NCBI GenBank assembly: GCA_030068145.1
Contig: JAPJBO010000372.1
Coordinates: 77,284 to 141,283 of the forward strand
Source of the DNA: Diplonema papillatum
Taxonomy: Eukaryota
Length of the DNA: 64,000 nt
Direction of reading: 5' to 3'
Below are positions 22,781 through 35,899 of this stretch, one piece after another (the stretch's first letter is position 1; each line of letters begins with the position of its first letter). The position numbers were made by a program, and so were the translations under genes. A model generated the notes under the pieces. It saw nothing but the letters and a program-made list of their open reading frames with translations. It had not been told where the DNA came from and ran no database searches.

Positions 22781-24541
22781 AACACGATCCAAAAGAAACC
22801 CCCGCCCTTCCTTCGCCCAGGGAACCGGTTCACTCAACCGAACAGTTTACTTGTCTAAATCTGCGGACTCCGCAGATAACCCCGTCCGTCTTGCTGGGGG
22901 TAAGCAGTCCGAAGTCCTTGGGGTTACCTTTTCTCCCTGTATCTGTTTTTTTTCTTTTGGGGTTAGAGGGGGTGGGTTAGTTTTGTTTTCCTGGCTTCTC
23001 CTCTCAAGGGCCTTTTTTTTTTTTCTGTTTTTATTCTGTCAGGTTCTCGTCGTCTTGCCCCCGAGGCAGGATAAAATACCCATTAGAAGAACGAACTCAA
23101 AAAGAAAAGCTACGAAAGAAGAATACACCGCACCTCCAACCAAAACATCTGTACTAAACGCCCTTCGGGAACCGTAAGTAACACACTCGCCGGCACACAC
23201 TTCTCCCCCATTCCCCCAGCAGCCCCGCTCTTTTCTTTTTTTCTTCTTTCTATCCGTAAAGAAGTGAGGCAAAATGAGTGCCCTGAACACTCCGTTGTCA
23301 TCCGTTCAGCACCGGTCGACCCCGAAGCAACTTGCCGCTATGCCGGAATTGCTTCGTGGTGCGATGGACGTCGAATCGGCGTTGCCGTTTGAGCTCGTCC
23401 TTCCCGCAAAGCCGCTTCGACGGTCCGAGGACAGCAACTCACACCCGTGGGGATGGTGGGCCGCGTGGTTCTGGCCCTACGTCTCGCTCTCCCTCTCGTG
23501 CCGGCAGACAGCCTCCGACTCTACCTCCTCGACGTCGCCCTCTAGCTCTTGGCACAGAGACGTATGCACTTTTCCGCTCCCCCCACCTTCACTCCATCAA
23601 AATCTTGAGAGTGCTCTCTCCTGCGTCTAAGTTCTTACAGTTGGAAGGATACGCAACGGAATTGTTTCGGTGTAGGTGTCGAGTGGAATGTGTCAAGTAT
23701 TCCGTGTTAGGCGAAAGGTGTAACACGTCTGGAAACAGTACGGCGGTGCATTTTTATTCCCAGGAGACTTGCTCCCAAGAGACTTTCCTTCACTCCAAGC
23801 GCCGATTCGCAAAATGACATGGCCGCTTGGTGAAGGAACTTCTCTTCGGGTGTAAGATCTTCCCCGCGGGTGGACGCGCGGCAGTAGGCACCAGGTGTGT
23901 GTGCGAGTATTTCGGAACAGGGCTCAAAACTGCGAGGTCCTTGCACCAGAGGTTTGGAAACGCTAGTCAGGCCAAGCTCATTGCACAGAGAGAGGCTTGC
24001 CACATCCTTGGGTGAGATCTGCCGCCTGTGTAAAGGCATTCAGCTGTTGCACGACTGAAACACATGCAGCTATCACCGCAAGATGAAAACAGAAGTCTTG
24101 AGCCGAGCGCCGGATGGAGAAGCTGGTAACCCCCCACGGTCTAAGCGTCCCCCGAAGCACCCACCCTTCAGAGAGGAGTCACAGCACCAGAGGCAGCGCG
24201 TCGGAAACTCAAAACCGACGGGTGAAAAGTGACAAGCGGGCTATACTCTTTACTTCAGACGTTACCCACTCTAGAAGTCATGAACTTAAACACACGCATA
24301 CACACACCTAGCAAGCTTGTTTGAGCTTGCTAGGTGGCGCCTTCGGCGCGCCAAGTCGGAATCCTTACGCATCTGAGCGAACTCCTCATATGTGAGCAAA
24401 AACTGACAAACGCAAGCCCCCACCGTTTGTTCCCTTTTTGTACTCCCTATTCGACACATCTCACACGCGCATCTACAGAGCTCTCGGACACCTCCACTGC
24501 TCAGCTGCCTGCTGGGAAGCCTCATCACGCTTCTCTGCATC

Positions 24542-25270
24542 ATGACTGTTGTGCGCCCCCCGAGCCACGGTCTGATGGCGCGGAGCCGACGGTTGGCAGA
24601 AGAAGCGGACCGGGGCGTGCAGGAGAACAGGATCCTGGAGCAACTCGTGAACGAGCTGCGGGCCCGCGAGTACCGGGAGCAGCAGCTGATCCTCAACTCC
24701 GTCGACTCCGCGACCGAGCTGCCGCCCGACGAGTCGCAGCGGCTGGCCGACAAGCAGCAATGGTCCGCCCGCCTCGAAGAGCTCAACGCACAGGTGCAGC
24801 GCGCGCTGGAGTCCTTGAAGCCGGCGTCCGACGCCTCGGTCGACCCGGAGGAACACCCCCAGCAGCTCAACACGCCGACGCGGGCGAAAGGCGACGGGGA
24901 AACTCTCGTGGTGCACTACCCTTCCCACAACGACGACATGAACATGAGAGCCACTGGCCTCGTCGACCCGGACGAACCGCCTAGGCAGCTCACCATCCAC
25001 CGAGGCTCGATCGTGCACGCGAAGCGTGACCTCGCCATTAGCGGGACTGTCATCGTCAAGAAGGACAGCCCCGGAGTCGTCGTCACGACCGTGGACCGTC
25101 CCACGGGCCGCCACATCGACCCGCCCGCCCCCAGCCACGAAAACGGCTCGCCCGCGGCCGCCGCGGTGCCCAAGTACTACTACTCGATCCAGTTTGCGGG
25201 CACCTTCGGGCCGAGACGCCCGATCCGGTTGACCGTTTCGGAGCTGGACATCTACTACGGCGAGTACTGA
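24542..25270 (+). CDS. Hypothetical protein (242 aa), coiled-coil N-terminal half, function unknown
   Basis: True ATG (catcATGACTG) and strong GC3 codon bias with the same NCG preference as gene 1. There is no stop for 729 nt, and flanking DNA is AT-richer. Confidence 0.6.
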   Translation: MTVVRPPSHGLMARSRRLAEEADRGVQENRILEQLVNELRAREYREQQLILNSVDSATELPPDESQRLADKQQWSARLEELNAQVQRALESLKPASDASVDPEEHPQQLNTPTRAKGDGETLVVHYPSHNDDMNMRATGLVDPDEPPRQLTIHRGSIVHAKRDLAISGTVIVKKDSPGVVVTTVDRPTGRHIDPPAPSHENGSPAAAAVPKYYYSIQFAGTFGPRRPIRLTVSELDIYYGEY

Positions 25271-25424
25271 GGCGTGGCGGTGAAGGCTCCCCCCGTGGTG
25301 TCATCGCTCCATCCCGAAAACCGAAAGACGAGAGGAAACCCGGATATTTGGCGACCGACCTAGCCATACAGGACGAGAGTGGAGAGCACCCCTCTGTCGC
25401 TGTCCGCAACCGATTGACCGAAGT

Positions 25425-25800
25425 GCCGTGTTCTTCGAAGAGAGACTCTATCAGTTCTACGGCACTCAAGGCATCATCGCGAGAGGGCTGAAGTTCCGAG
25501 TTCTTGAAGAGTAATTTCGATCCGACTGCGCCATCCGGAACCTGGCAAGGACCCAAGGCTCGAAGTGCCGTCGGTTCTCGAAGAGCGACTCTTGAGTTCT
25601 GACGGCACAAGAGCTCCCTTCAAAACTGAAAGTTCCAAGTTAACGTTCAGTTTTGTTTACTTGACGAGGACTATAAAGATCTGATTGCGCCATCTGGAAG
25701 CAAGAAGAACAGGGTGTTTGTCCATTCCGGAACCGCAGACACGACCAAAAACTCGAAGCGCCGTCGGTTCTCGAAGAGTTCCGACGGCACTCAAGAAGTC
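25425..25800. repeat. Three copies of a roughly 45-bp self-complementary element (GAAGTGCCGTCGGTTCTCGAAGAG..CTCTTGAGTTCTGACGGCAC) spaced about 135 and 190 bp apart
   Basis: Copies at about 25425-25475, 25560-25612 and 25752-25798. Each contains GTGCCGTC...GACGGCAC and TTCTCGAAGAG/CTCTTGAGTTC inverted pairs. Confidence 0.7.
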
Positions 25801-28800
25801 CCTTCCAAATCGCGAAGAAACTCAGCTCCTTTCCGTGTATGTGCAAACTTTGACAAACAACCCAAGCTTCAGAGCGAAACGGGGCGGGGAGAGAAGCAAC
25901 GCCCACAGCCACGGAGGGGCAGTCCTCAGCGTTGCAGTTTGCCGGACGAAAATCCACGGGCGAACGAAGGAAAAAGGGAGTGCACATGCACCCCCCCCCG
26001 GCCTTCCGAGACGTTGAAGAAGACAACTCCGGCCAGCTTTTTGGACCTGGCGTTTTCTCCATTTAGCCCGCGGGAAGCACTCGCTTGTGAACCTGAGTTT
26101 ACGACGCTTGCAGAAAAGACGAAAGAAAAACTATATTTCCAAACTCAAGCAAAGAACGATGACGAGACCCTGAACTGAGACTCAGGTTTCGGGCACTGAA
26201 CTTGTTGAGAAGAACAAGCTGCCCCCTCCCAAGCGCTGTCTCAACCTCTCGTAGCAACGACCGGCGTGTACAGGTGTCAGGAGACGCAAATCAGTGCAAG
26301 CTGATGACTTGCGCCTACTCTAGGCATTCCCATTCCAACCATCAGTCCTCATCACGAACGCTAAAGTTCAAATTCTTTCAAGATCGACAGCCGGAAGGAA
26401 CAATCCCACCATCAGGAAGCGAAGGAAAGTCGAAAGACAACGGATCGCGGCGTCTGTTTGGTTTTAGGGCTCCGGACTTTTTGTTTTCTCTGTTAACTTC
26501 CCTTAGCCCGACCCTTCCACCAAAACAAATACAAAGCAAAAAAGAGAGAAAAAAAAAAAGAAAAAAGAACGAAAAGAAAAGAAATAATGGCGTAGCCAAG
26601 AAGAACAGCTTCCGACGTATATATCAGGAATCTGACAAAACGGAAATATCAGAACGCCCATGGTGACACTGAAAACGTTTCGAGCTACCTTTTTTTGACT
26701 CCCTCTAAGAGTCTAACTTGAAGACGGAACATCCCCTACCACGGCACCATTGCTGAGACCAACCGCATGCAGCGTGCGTGGATAATGGCCGACAACCCAT
26801 GCAGACAACCGACAATTACTAGACTGTTTCTTGTAGTAAGCGGTCGGTTTTTTGAAGTCTCCGTTTGACTTGTGATTACTGCTCGTGTTTCCACCATCTT
26901 TTGGCCACCCGGAGACTCTAAACCCCCAGAGTTTCAAGCTACCTTTGCCCCATACAACAAGAAGACACAGTTTCCGACGCGAGTGTGAGTATACATACAC
27001 CTGCGGAGTAATGATAATGAACGCTTTAAATAACGAAGTACAGAGGTAGCGCGAACTAACGGATTCAACTACAACGACCCCTCCCCACCCGAGAGTGAAA
27101 ACCCTGGGGACTTCAACAACCCTCCACGACAGGGAATGAAAGAACGAGACATCAGAAGTCTGGCCGGGAGCACGCTTCTCCCGGGGGAGAGTAATATTCG
27201 GAAGCCAAAAAAAAAGAAAAAGGGGCGGGGACCGATCCCCACCCACCCCCCCCTTTTTTTGATACCTTTTCTTCCACATTGCCACAAGAATAAATGGTGA
27301 AGACAAGCAACACCCGCTGATAGAAAACCCTGCCGGAAGACAACAGCCGCCAGGTGGGCAAGTCTAATAAGCTGCCGTCGGGAGGGGGGAAGGGAGGCAG
27401 CCCCGTCGACGAGACAATCCACGTTCCTTTCCGACCCTCTCTCCCTTCATTATTGATAGTAACCAAGTTCTCCAAGCCAGGCGTTTGCCTGTAGACTCCT
27501 TTCTGTTCAGACAGCTCTTGCGCGACCGTTCTCCGCTTGCTTCTTCCAATGAGGAAGAAACACGCCAAGCTTGGAGGCTATCATCTGTATGGCAGTCTAG
27601 TGTGAGTTGGAGAGAATTTATAAAGTTGACATAGAGTGTGTCCGGATGGTCTTTTTATGAGAAGGCCCTTTGACGGGGTTGTTTTGCAGATTTATGAACG
27701 GGCGATCCTTGTAGTCTTTTGAGTGCTCGTTTCCTGCAGAATATTCTCACAGCTTCCCCCTTACGCGCATCACAGGGTGTCACGGCAGTGCGGACCTTAT
27801 CAACGGGTACTCGACAATAGCCCTGATACGTTTGCGTAGTAAGGCTGTAGACTGCTGCCACCTGTTCTGGGACAACCCGACTGTCATACTGAAGCTAGAC
27901 TGCCATGTGGACTAACACCCAGCTCTTACGACCAACCAACACAAAAAAGAAAACGTGAAGTAGTCGTACACAGGTGAGGGGGAACAAAACTTGGCGACGA
28001 GCACAAAATAACTGCAGTAGGGCGTTGCTTCCCCCCCATTTGTTGTCGTTTTCTTTTTTTTTGTTCACTCCGTTTTTCTTATGTGCCCCGCACTCACTCA
28101 TTCATTCAGCATCCAAACCCCACTCCACGTAACTAACTAAGTATTGTACCTCCCTGCTGGGTTCCCATGGCAAATTTGATGCCAACGCGAGCTCTGAATT
28201 AACAGTTCACGGACGGATGGGGTGGGAAGTTATTTGTGCTAACAATGCATTGTCGGTACTAAAAACAAATAACGCTTAGAATTCGTGCAACATACTACAT
28301 GAAACTTACCTTAGCAGGTGAGTGGACATAAAACTCGAAAGAGTCAATAATTATGGAAACTCTGTACTCTTACTCACACCCACTCCCTTGGTCCCAGACA
28401 CTTCGAAGAACACCCCCGCTTCACATTCCAATTGGAATCTAAAAGTACCCACTTCTAACACAAGCAACAGTCTAAAATTGTCCTCCGTCCGTAATGGATC
28501 AACTTTCTTTACCCCAATGTGGTGAACGTGGAAGGGTCGTTGCGACGGACAGTCCGTGGATCCGAAAGCCGGTAAAGAAATGAGTGTTTTGACTGTGGCG
28601 AAATCTGTTCGAAAGCACAATGTCACTGCAACCGCTTTTACCCGCACCGGATACTCAATACATACCGGCTTCTAAACAGCACAAAAATGTTCGAAAAATA
28701 ATAGCAGTGGTCCAGGTGGGTTCAGCGGGATTACGCTCGAGACTGCTAGCCCTCGTTGCTCTGAAGAGGGTTGCGCTCCTGCGTTTCTCTCCTGTTTTCG

Positions 28801-29571
28801 CTTCGTTCGATCAGTCATGGCGACAAATACACTTCTTTTGACGCCCACAGCCACCGACGGCTGCCCTGGCGGCCTCGGTTTGGTTAACACCCTGCTTCGG
28901 AATAAATTAGCAGGCATTGGTCTCCACCTGTGTTCTGAGGCGTACTTTTTCGTTGTCGACAGCGAACAAGTGACAGGATACGAAAGAAAACTACGCATAT
29001 CTTTCCGACACGTCAAATTGCTCTCTCTCTCTCTCCGTTGAGTGCGGGTCGCTTGAGTTTGCACCGGACAAGAGCCCACCGCCAGCCGCAAGCATGCAAA
29101 ACCTGCGTTCAAAGTTAGCTCGTACCACGCTGTGGCTGACCGTCTCCACGGGCTTGCGTCCAGCCAAACCCCAAGGAACGCCCCCTTGATGCTTTGGTTT
29201 CACTAAATCGGTAGCCACTTGACGACCCGTAGGCGGAATCCACCTCCGCCCCTACACACATCCCCCCCCAAAAAAAAGAAGGAAAAGTATCAAAAAGTAA
29301 AGCAAAAAGACAGTTGCTTTTAATTATTTCACTATAATAACTCTCAGTCTAGTTATGGTGCGAAGAATCCATCAAGATAACCCAACCACTAGAAGCAAAG
29401 CAGCTGCGAGGCTGCATGTATGGTCGCTCGCTGGAGGCAGGCTACTGGATTCCGTTGGTCTGTTGTCCCGTATTGCTGTCGCCAGCCCGGTCTAAGCCCC
29501 GCCCACGTTCCCTGTCAAGTGAACAACTCTTGGCAAATCTACTTGTCTAAGTTAGGGAAGAGCCATCACAA

Positions 29572-29643
29572 GTAAGCTGGCTTGGAGCAGCCAAGCGTTC
29601 CTCGGAACGCTTGGCTGCTCCAAGCCAGCTTACTTGTGGGAAC
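29572..29643. repeat. Perfect 72-bp palindrome (35-bp arms around a central TC)
   Basis: CACAAGTAAGCTGGCTTGGAGCAGCCAAGCGTTCC tc GGAACGCTTGGCTGCTCCAAGCCAGCTTACTTGTG; checked base by base. Confidence 0.9.
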
Positions 29644-32600
29644 CGTTCTGTAACCACCGGCTCCATCTCTTGGGCACGAGGCGAAAAGACCTTCGTAGTT
29701 TTAGGGCAGCATAGCTATCACGGGCGTAGGCGAGAGACTCCAGGAACCGGTGTAGCGCTCCTCCCTCAATCCTCCCTCTCATTGAATTCATCTTCTTCGA
29801 TCTTCTCCACAACATGCAAAAAGGTGATTCCGTGCTCGTCTCACAAGCCCCATCAGCGTTGCGAGTAGGAGGACACCGGTCCATCTCTCGGAACGAGAGT
29901 TCTAATTAACCCCTTACGGACGGGTCCAGCGCGCAGAACGCTTTCCGGAGAATCTATGGATCAACCTTGAGAGTTTTGCGACTCCAGAATGGGAAACCTG
30001 GTGCTCCTTGCAAAGGTTTCGCAACACATCTCTTCACAGCAGCGAACATTGATCCTTTTTCGACGTGTCTTTTGCTCTGGAAGCTCAGTGTCCGAACTCC
30101 AGCTCGGGTTCTGGCTTTTTCGACATGAATACATGTCCCCCGTCCGTAAAGGGTTCACATCACAAATTCTTTTTCAAACTACCCAACCCCAACCACCGTC
30201 TCCCCCCTATAGGGCTATGCCGGCAAGTAAACGCGTTTCCATCCAGGGTACGCAAAATACAGCATGGAAACGGAAACGTCTCCTTAGTAGAAGAACTCCG
30301 CACTTCCAGGTGCAGTGCTGCCGTTTTCTCACTGCGGAAATGCCGTTTCCGTTTCCTCGAAAGTATGGAAACGGAAACGGGATCGTTTCCATTTACATGC
30401 CGTCTTAGCCGCCTCCCAGCCCCCAAACGCGTTAGGGAACACCCGACAGGGGTTCACGACGGAGTGACTGATCACCCGAAAACGAGCAACACTCTCCATT
30501 CTTTGCTATCCGTTCCCCAACAACCTCATCTCCCAAGCCTCTACGGCAAACCGGAGACTTAATACTCACACCGCAAGTAACGCAAAAAAAAAAAGCAGAG
30601 ACGAGCCTTCTGAACGGCCGTCCGCGCCGAGCCTTCCTTTTAACCATACTTTAACCCTCTTGTAAACCTTGTCCACAAAAACTTACTAAATGAGCCCCGT
30701 TTCTTGTTCTTGAGAGAAGAACCGCACAAAAAAAACACGCACGTCACGGTCGCACCTGAGACCGCGAGACACTACTTCTTTTTGCATCCAACCCTTAAGC
30801 AAAGCAGCGTTCACGCAGGGGACACCGAGGAAAAGGAGAAGTACCGGGGTATGTGGTTCGGCCAAACTAAATACTGGTTTGGGGTGTTCGGCATACACGG
30901 GGGGTGAATGGGGTGAACAATAGGGGTCAACGTGATTGGTGTTATGCAACAAGCCCGTACCCTGTAGTCGTCAGTCAAGTCATACTATGAGGGAACCCCT
31001 GAAAGAAATTGTGGCACCTACCCACTCCTACGTTTCAAAGATTAAGCCATGTCTCAGAGTAAATGGATCAACAGCCTGCAGACGGCTCACAATATAAATC
31101 GGCGGCAATCTAAGCGACTGTCACCTACTGCGGTACCATGCTAGAGAGGAAGTGCATGCCAATCGATGCGGTTTATGTACTCAAAAGTCCTTAATGCTGA
31201 GGGGCCTACCGTATGAAAGTTATGGGGAGAATTACCGAAACCACCAACGAGCAACATCAAAAAGGTACTTACCAGTTTACCAGTCTTACCTCTCGTATCC
31301 ACCACCCCTGCGAACAAGCTGCGGAAAGGATGTCCCTTTGAGACTCTAAAAGCCCGGAATGAAATGAAGCGAACTCACTCCGAAGGCTTTCACTCTAACA
31401 AGGAGGTCCACACGACACGGTGAGGTCCAGCCTCGGAAACTGGAGTTAAAGAGGGTGTGCCCTAGTCACTCAAAGCGGGTGCGCTACAGCCAAAACGCGT
31501 GTAAATCCCCACCCGAAAGCGGGTGTTTTCCTAATTACTTGAAAGCCCCTCCCCCGACTGTAGGACCACTGTGCTCTGCGGAGTTTACTTCGCAGATTGC
31601 CACCGTAAAAGAAGACAAGTCAGTGCTGCCTAGCGAGTCGCAGTCACAATCAGGGCGAGTGCCCTGAGTTTTTTAACTGATTGCTCAGAGACGGTTGTAG
31701 GGGCCTTCTCCCCGTGACGGATTCGCCTGTGCTCTAGTAGCACGGGTGGTCCTGGCTGTGACGAGCTACGAACAGCTGCCTGACAAACCAGACTCACACC
31801 GCTGTCCTGTCTGCAGACACTCAGGTTCCGCGCTGATGATGGTCCGCCTTATGTGTCCGTGGCTTAAAGGACCGAAACACGGCGCAGACGGGACCAGTGC
31901 GGTGTTGAGCACATACCCATTCCAAGCACGTTCTTGCAATCCCCCGACTGTAGGACCAACCACCCGAAAGCGGGTGTGACACCCGCTTTTTTGACTCCAA
32001 CTTCAACTCCAGCTTCAACTCCAGCTTCTGTGCCTGGACTCCACCGTGCAAGCAAACTTAACTCTGAAAAGACCCACCTCGCCAACTGCCAACCAGACGC
32101 TTAACAACGTACAACCAGTTGCTTACAGCACGAAAAAGCCTACGAAAAGCACCAGGGAATTTCTTCATACACAGAGCACCGGTCTTGGCATAAGAGCGCA
32201 GACCTGCGCAAACGCGACGCAAAAAAAATTGAATTCGTGTATTATTCTTCCCAGCGCGATTGCAACGAAATCCAACAAAAAATGTAATGTGAAACACTCT
32301 AAAAAGTGAAAGAACGAATTCTCTCCCCTCCCCCACAAGCGAAAACGAAAAGAAAACGGAAGAAAATAACATCGGGTAGGGTGGGGGGGGGAAAACTGAA
32401 AAGGACGCTAACCAGTTCTTTCTTCTAAAAATAACACTTCCGCATTTCTTTTCCTCTTAGGAAGTAGTACTGAGGGGAACATTTCTGGTAAAACGGGCTG
32501 CACTTGATATGAAGTCATCCCATCCACTCGTGCCCATCATCCCCTAAACCCCAAAATGCTCCACGCAAGTTAACCTTGTGTAAATGGAAGAGGGAAGGGG

Positions 32601-35600
32601 TCGTCGAGTAAAGACTTCGGGCGTCAAGCACGTGAGCCAAGTTCAAGACTGTTTTGGCTCAGAGCGGGGAACTGCTTGTTAGTGCAAGCCGTACTCCAGA
32701 AGTATTCTTTCCAGACTTTCGTTCGAAATGAGCTGCAGCTCGACCAACCGGAAATCCCATTAGCCCGTGCACTGCAAACATACTCTTCGTGTTGAACGTC
32801 GACTGAGAGCCAGCTTGCGTGAGAGAGAGGCGTTTTTTTTTGTCGATGTGTACGATTTCTATTTATTCTCTCTTGTGTTCCTTCTTTCGTCATTTCCTGA
32901 GAGGGGGCGTAGGGGGCGGGGGAGTGGGCGGGAAAGTCAGAAAAAAAAAAAAAAAATACCCGCCTTTTACGTTTGCCCTCCCCCTTTTTTCCTCCCTCGT
33001 TTTCGTCTCTGTTCAATGCCGCACTCTTGACTTTTTTTTCCTTTTTTTTTTTTGCCTTAGCTTATTCTGCGCTTCTGTCTGAGACCTCGCTCACCCCTTG
33101 GTGTCTACCACTAGCCTCGTTTCTCACTTCATTCCTCCCTTTTTGGATACGCACCTACTTTTGTAGGAAACACTCGAGGGGACCGCTGGTTGCAAAAGAG
33201 AAAAACAGCTTAAAATAGGCACAATAAAAAGGGACCCGCGCGAATATCCAAAGAAAGGACGACGTCCCCCTTCTTATTGTTCTCCCGCAGTGATTCCTCC
33301 CCATTTTTTGGCTGTGTCCACGAGTGCCCCCGTGGGCTGCTCAAAAAGATTGCGCAGCCAAAAAAAAAAAGGAAGGACGGAGTCCCACACTCCTCAGGTT
33401 GGCCCCTGAGGGACGTGCGTCAAGCATTTCTCTTCGATACCAAAAAAAAAAACAAGAAACCTTCAGCTGCCCACTTTTCCTGAAATCCTTCTTGAAGTAC
33501 TAGCAACCTTGCGGGTTGCCCTTCAATGTGTTGTGCAGGCTAGTGAGGTAGGCAGCGTGTTTTGGTGGTTGATCAGACCCCTTCACCTGAAAATGACACA
33601 GGGTTAATACGAACCGATCAACCGGCACGCACAAACAAAACGGAGCGCCTGTCTTTTTTGATCCCGCCAATAAGTAGCCAGTGTAGCTGGTCCCGGGAAT
33701 CACTGCTTCCACGGAACCCCCCCGGACGATCATCAACGATTGTGGCTACAGGGAAGGGATTCCACGATTCTTCCCGCTGGCCACAGTCGAATTGAGCCCC
33801 GACCGGCTCAGCCATTCCCAGCGCGAAATCCGAAGAGGAAAACAACGACTGTAAAACTGAACTACAAAAGCTGGGAAACCCGCTGCATCACCCGCACCGA
33901 AGAAAGCCCATTCCTTTTTACATCAGCGCCGGCTTGGAAGAAAATGCTCGACGACGCTGCCAGACAACAAACCGAAGGCATCCCAAGTGCTGTAGCTACC
34001 GAACACGTGTTGAACGGACGTCAGGTCAAGCAGGTCTACCCTACACGACAACACACACACAAACACCACAACAGGGAAAAAAGTCCTGAGTGAGAAAATA
34101 ACACATGGTGGTGTAAGCGAATCAGATTGTGTTTGTTTCGTTTTTGCCCCTCTACGGTACAGGCTCTACCCCTATCTTTTTTCCCCCCCTTCCATTCAGA
34201 GTCAAAACGGCGACGTCGAGTATTTTGTAAATGTATCAACCGGCGAGGAGAAACGACTCCAGCGTCCAGTTCTTTTGTATAAGCACCTGCTTTGTAGGAA
34301 ATACCTCGAGGAGGCTGCCAGCTGCAAAAGATCAAAGGAGGTAAATGTGCTGTAGCCCACACGCACCACAGGTGAATCTGGGTTCCGTGGCGGGCGTAAG
34401 CGTTCAACAAAACATCTCGAAACAGATGCCCCAGAAAATTGCAACCCTATCCGGGCGACACAGCCGTTTCTTCCGGAGTGGCCAGAACCCCGTTCTGCGT
34501 TAAACACGCTCCTCCGAAACGGACTGCCGCACTGGAGGATGTTGTACAACTGATTTTCAGTAGCTAGACTGAGGTTTCCCATCCCCAGCCAAGGCTAAAT
34601 ACCAAGCACAGTGACGGAAAGACGCAACGATGAAAAAGGGGTTAAAAGTCCCTGATACCGAAGAGCGGGAAAAGAGTCGGAGATGCGTTCGAACCGCAAT
34701 CATTGCTCCTTCGCTGGGAGGCTGTGTCTCCTATTATTCGGATTGTCCAAGCTTCGGTCGCGAGACGGCTTACGCACCGCTTAACGAGCGCTATGCGCGC
34801 CACCTTCCTGAGTGAGCGCACACACCGTGGGCAGTGCCGAGTAATCGCCTTGAGTGGCGCGGAGGTACGGGGCTCGCCCAGCATTCCCAACCCCAAGGGG
34901 CAGCAGTCAAACTTGCATCTCGCTGGATGACAAGGCGAGTCGCGTTCGCATCCCTGAGTAAGCACGTGAATTCTGCCCGCGGAGGAAGGCAGCACGTAGC
35001 AGAAAATAAAACGAAAGGTTCTCACTCACACACGCCCTCACCGACTGGCTCATACACGAGACCACAACAAGGGTGAAGGCGAGACTTAAGTGTGCGTACT
35101 TTTATTTTTCCGTTCCGGCTATTGCTGATCTGCGGCTGGCCATCGTTGCAAGATTGGCCGACCCCCCCTTCCCCCCTCGGGGGAGTGTTGGAGTTCAGGC
35201 GGGCCTCGAATCTAGCTGCCCCGTAGTAGTACGGGGCAATAGTGGGGCGGCCGGATACTCCCGGAGAGATGGTCCCTGCACTCTAACTCGTCTCTTTCTC
35301 TCTCTCTTTTCTAGAAAACTTGTTGGAGCACCTTCGGTGCCGTCTAGGGGGTCAAGTGAGGACCTAAAGAGAGAGAAGTCGACTTGCTTCAGAAGCAAGG
35401 TTGGAAGGGGACGAAAGGATTCGGAATCGGAAAAAACACAGGCAATTCCTCCCTGTTCTTTGTTCCCGACCTCGCTCTCCTCGATCGATTTTGCGTTAAT
35501 CGCCCGTCGTACCGAAGAGTAAAAAAGTCCGAACGAGACCTCCGTACTTTCTCTCTCTCTACCTTGCTAGTGGCGTCTCATCATCCTCTTGTGCCAGCCG

Positions 35601-35899
35601 CGGTTGTCACCACCGAGCCCTCCCTTTTGCGTGATGATAGCACTGCCGCCAGCAAGCCCTCGGGAGCCAAGGAAATTCTCCTCAGGCCCCACGAGCGTGC
35701 TCCTTAGCAGGGAACAAAAGAGTACGTGTGCCAAGAGGGCCCAAATTTGGCCCATCGAAAAAAAAAGAAAAAAAAGAGAAATAAGGTCCTATTGAGGACT
35801 TTCACTCAAAAAAGGGGGTTTAAGGAAAAGATCAAGAAAACGAAGGTCCTTCCCTCCCCAAACACTAAACTAAAATTCCGACCCCCCCTCGGACTTCAA

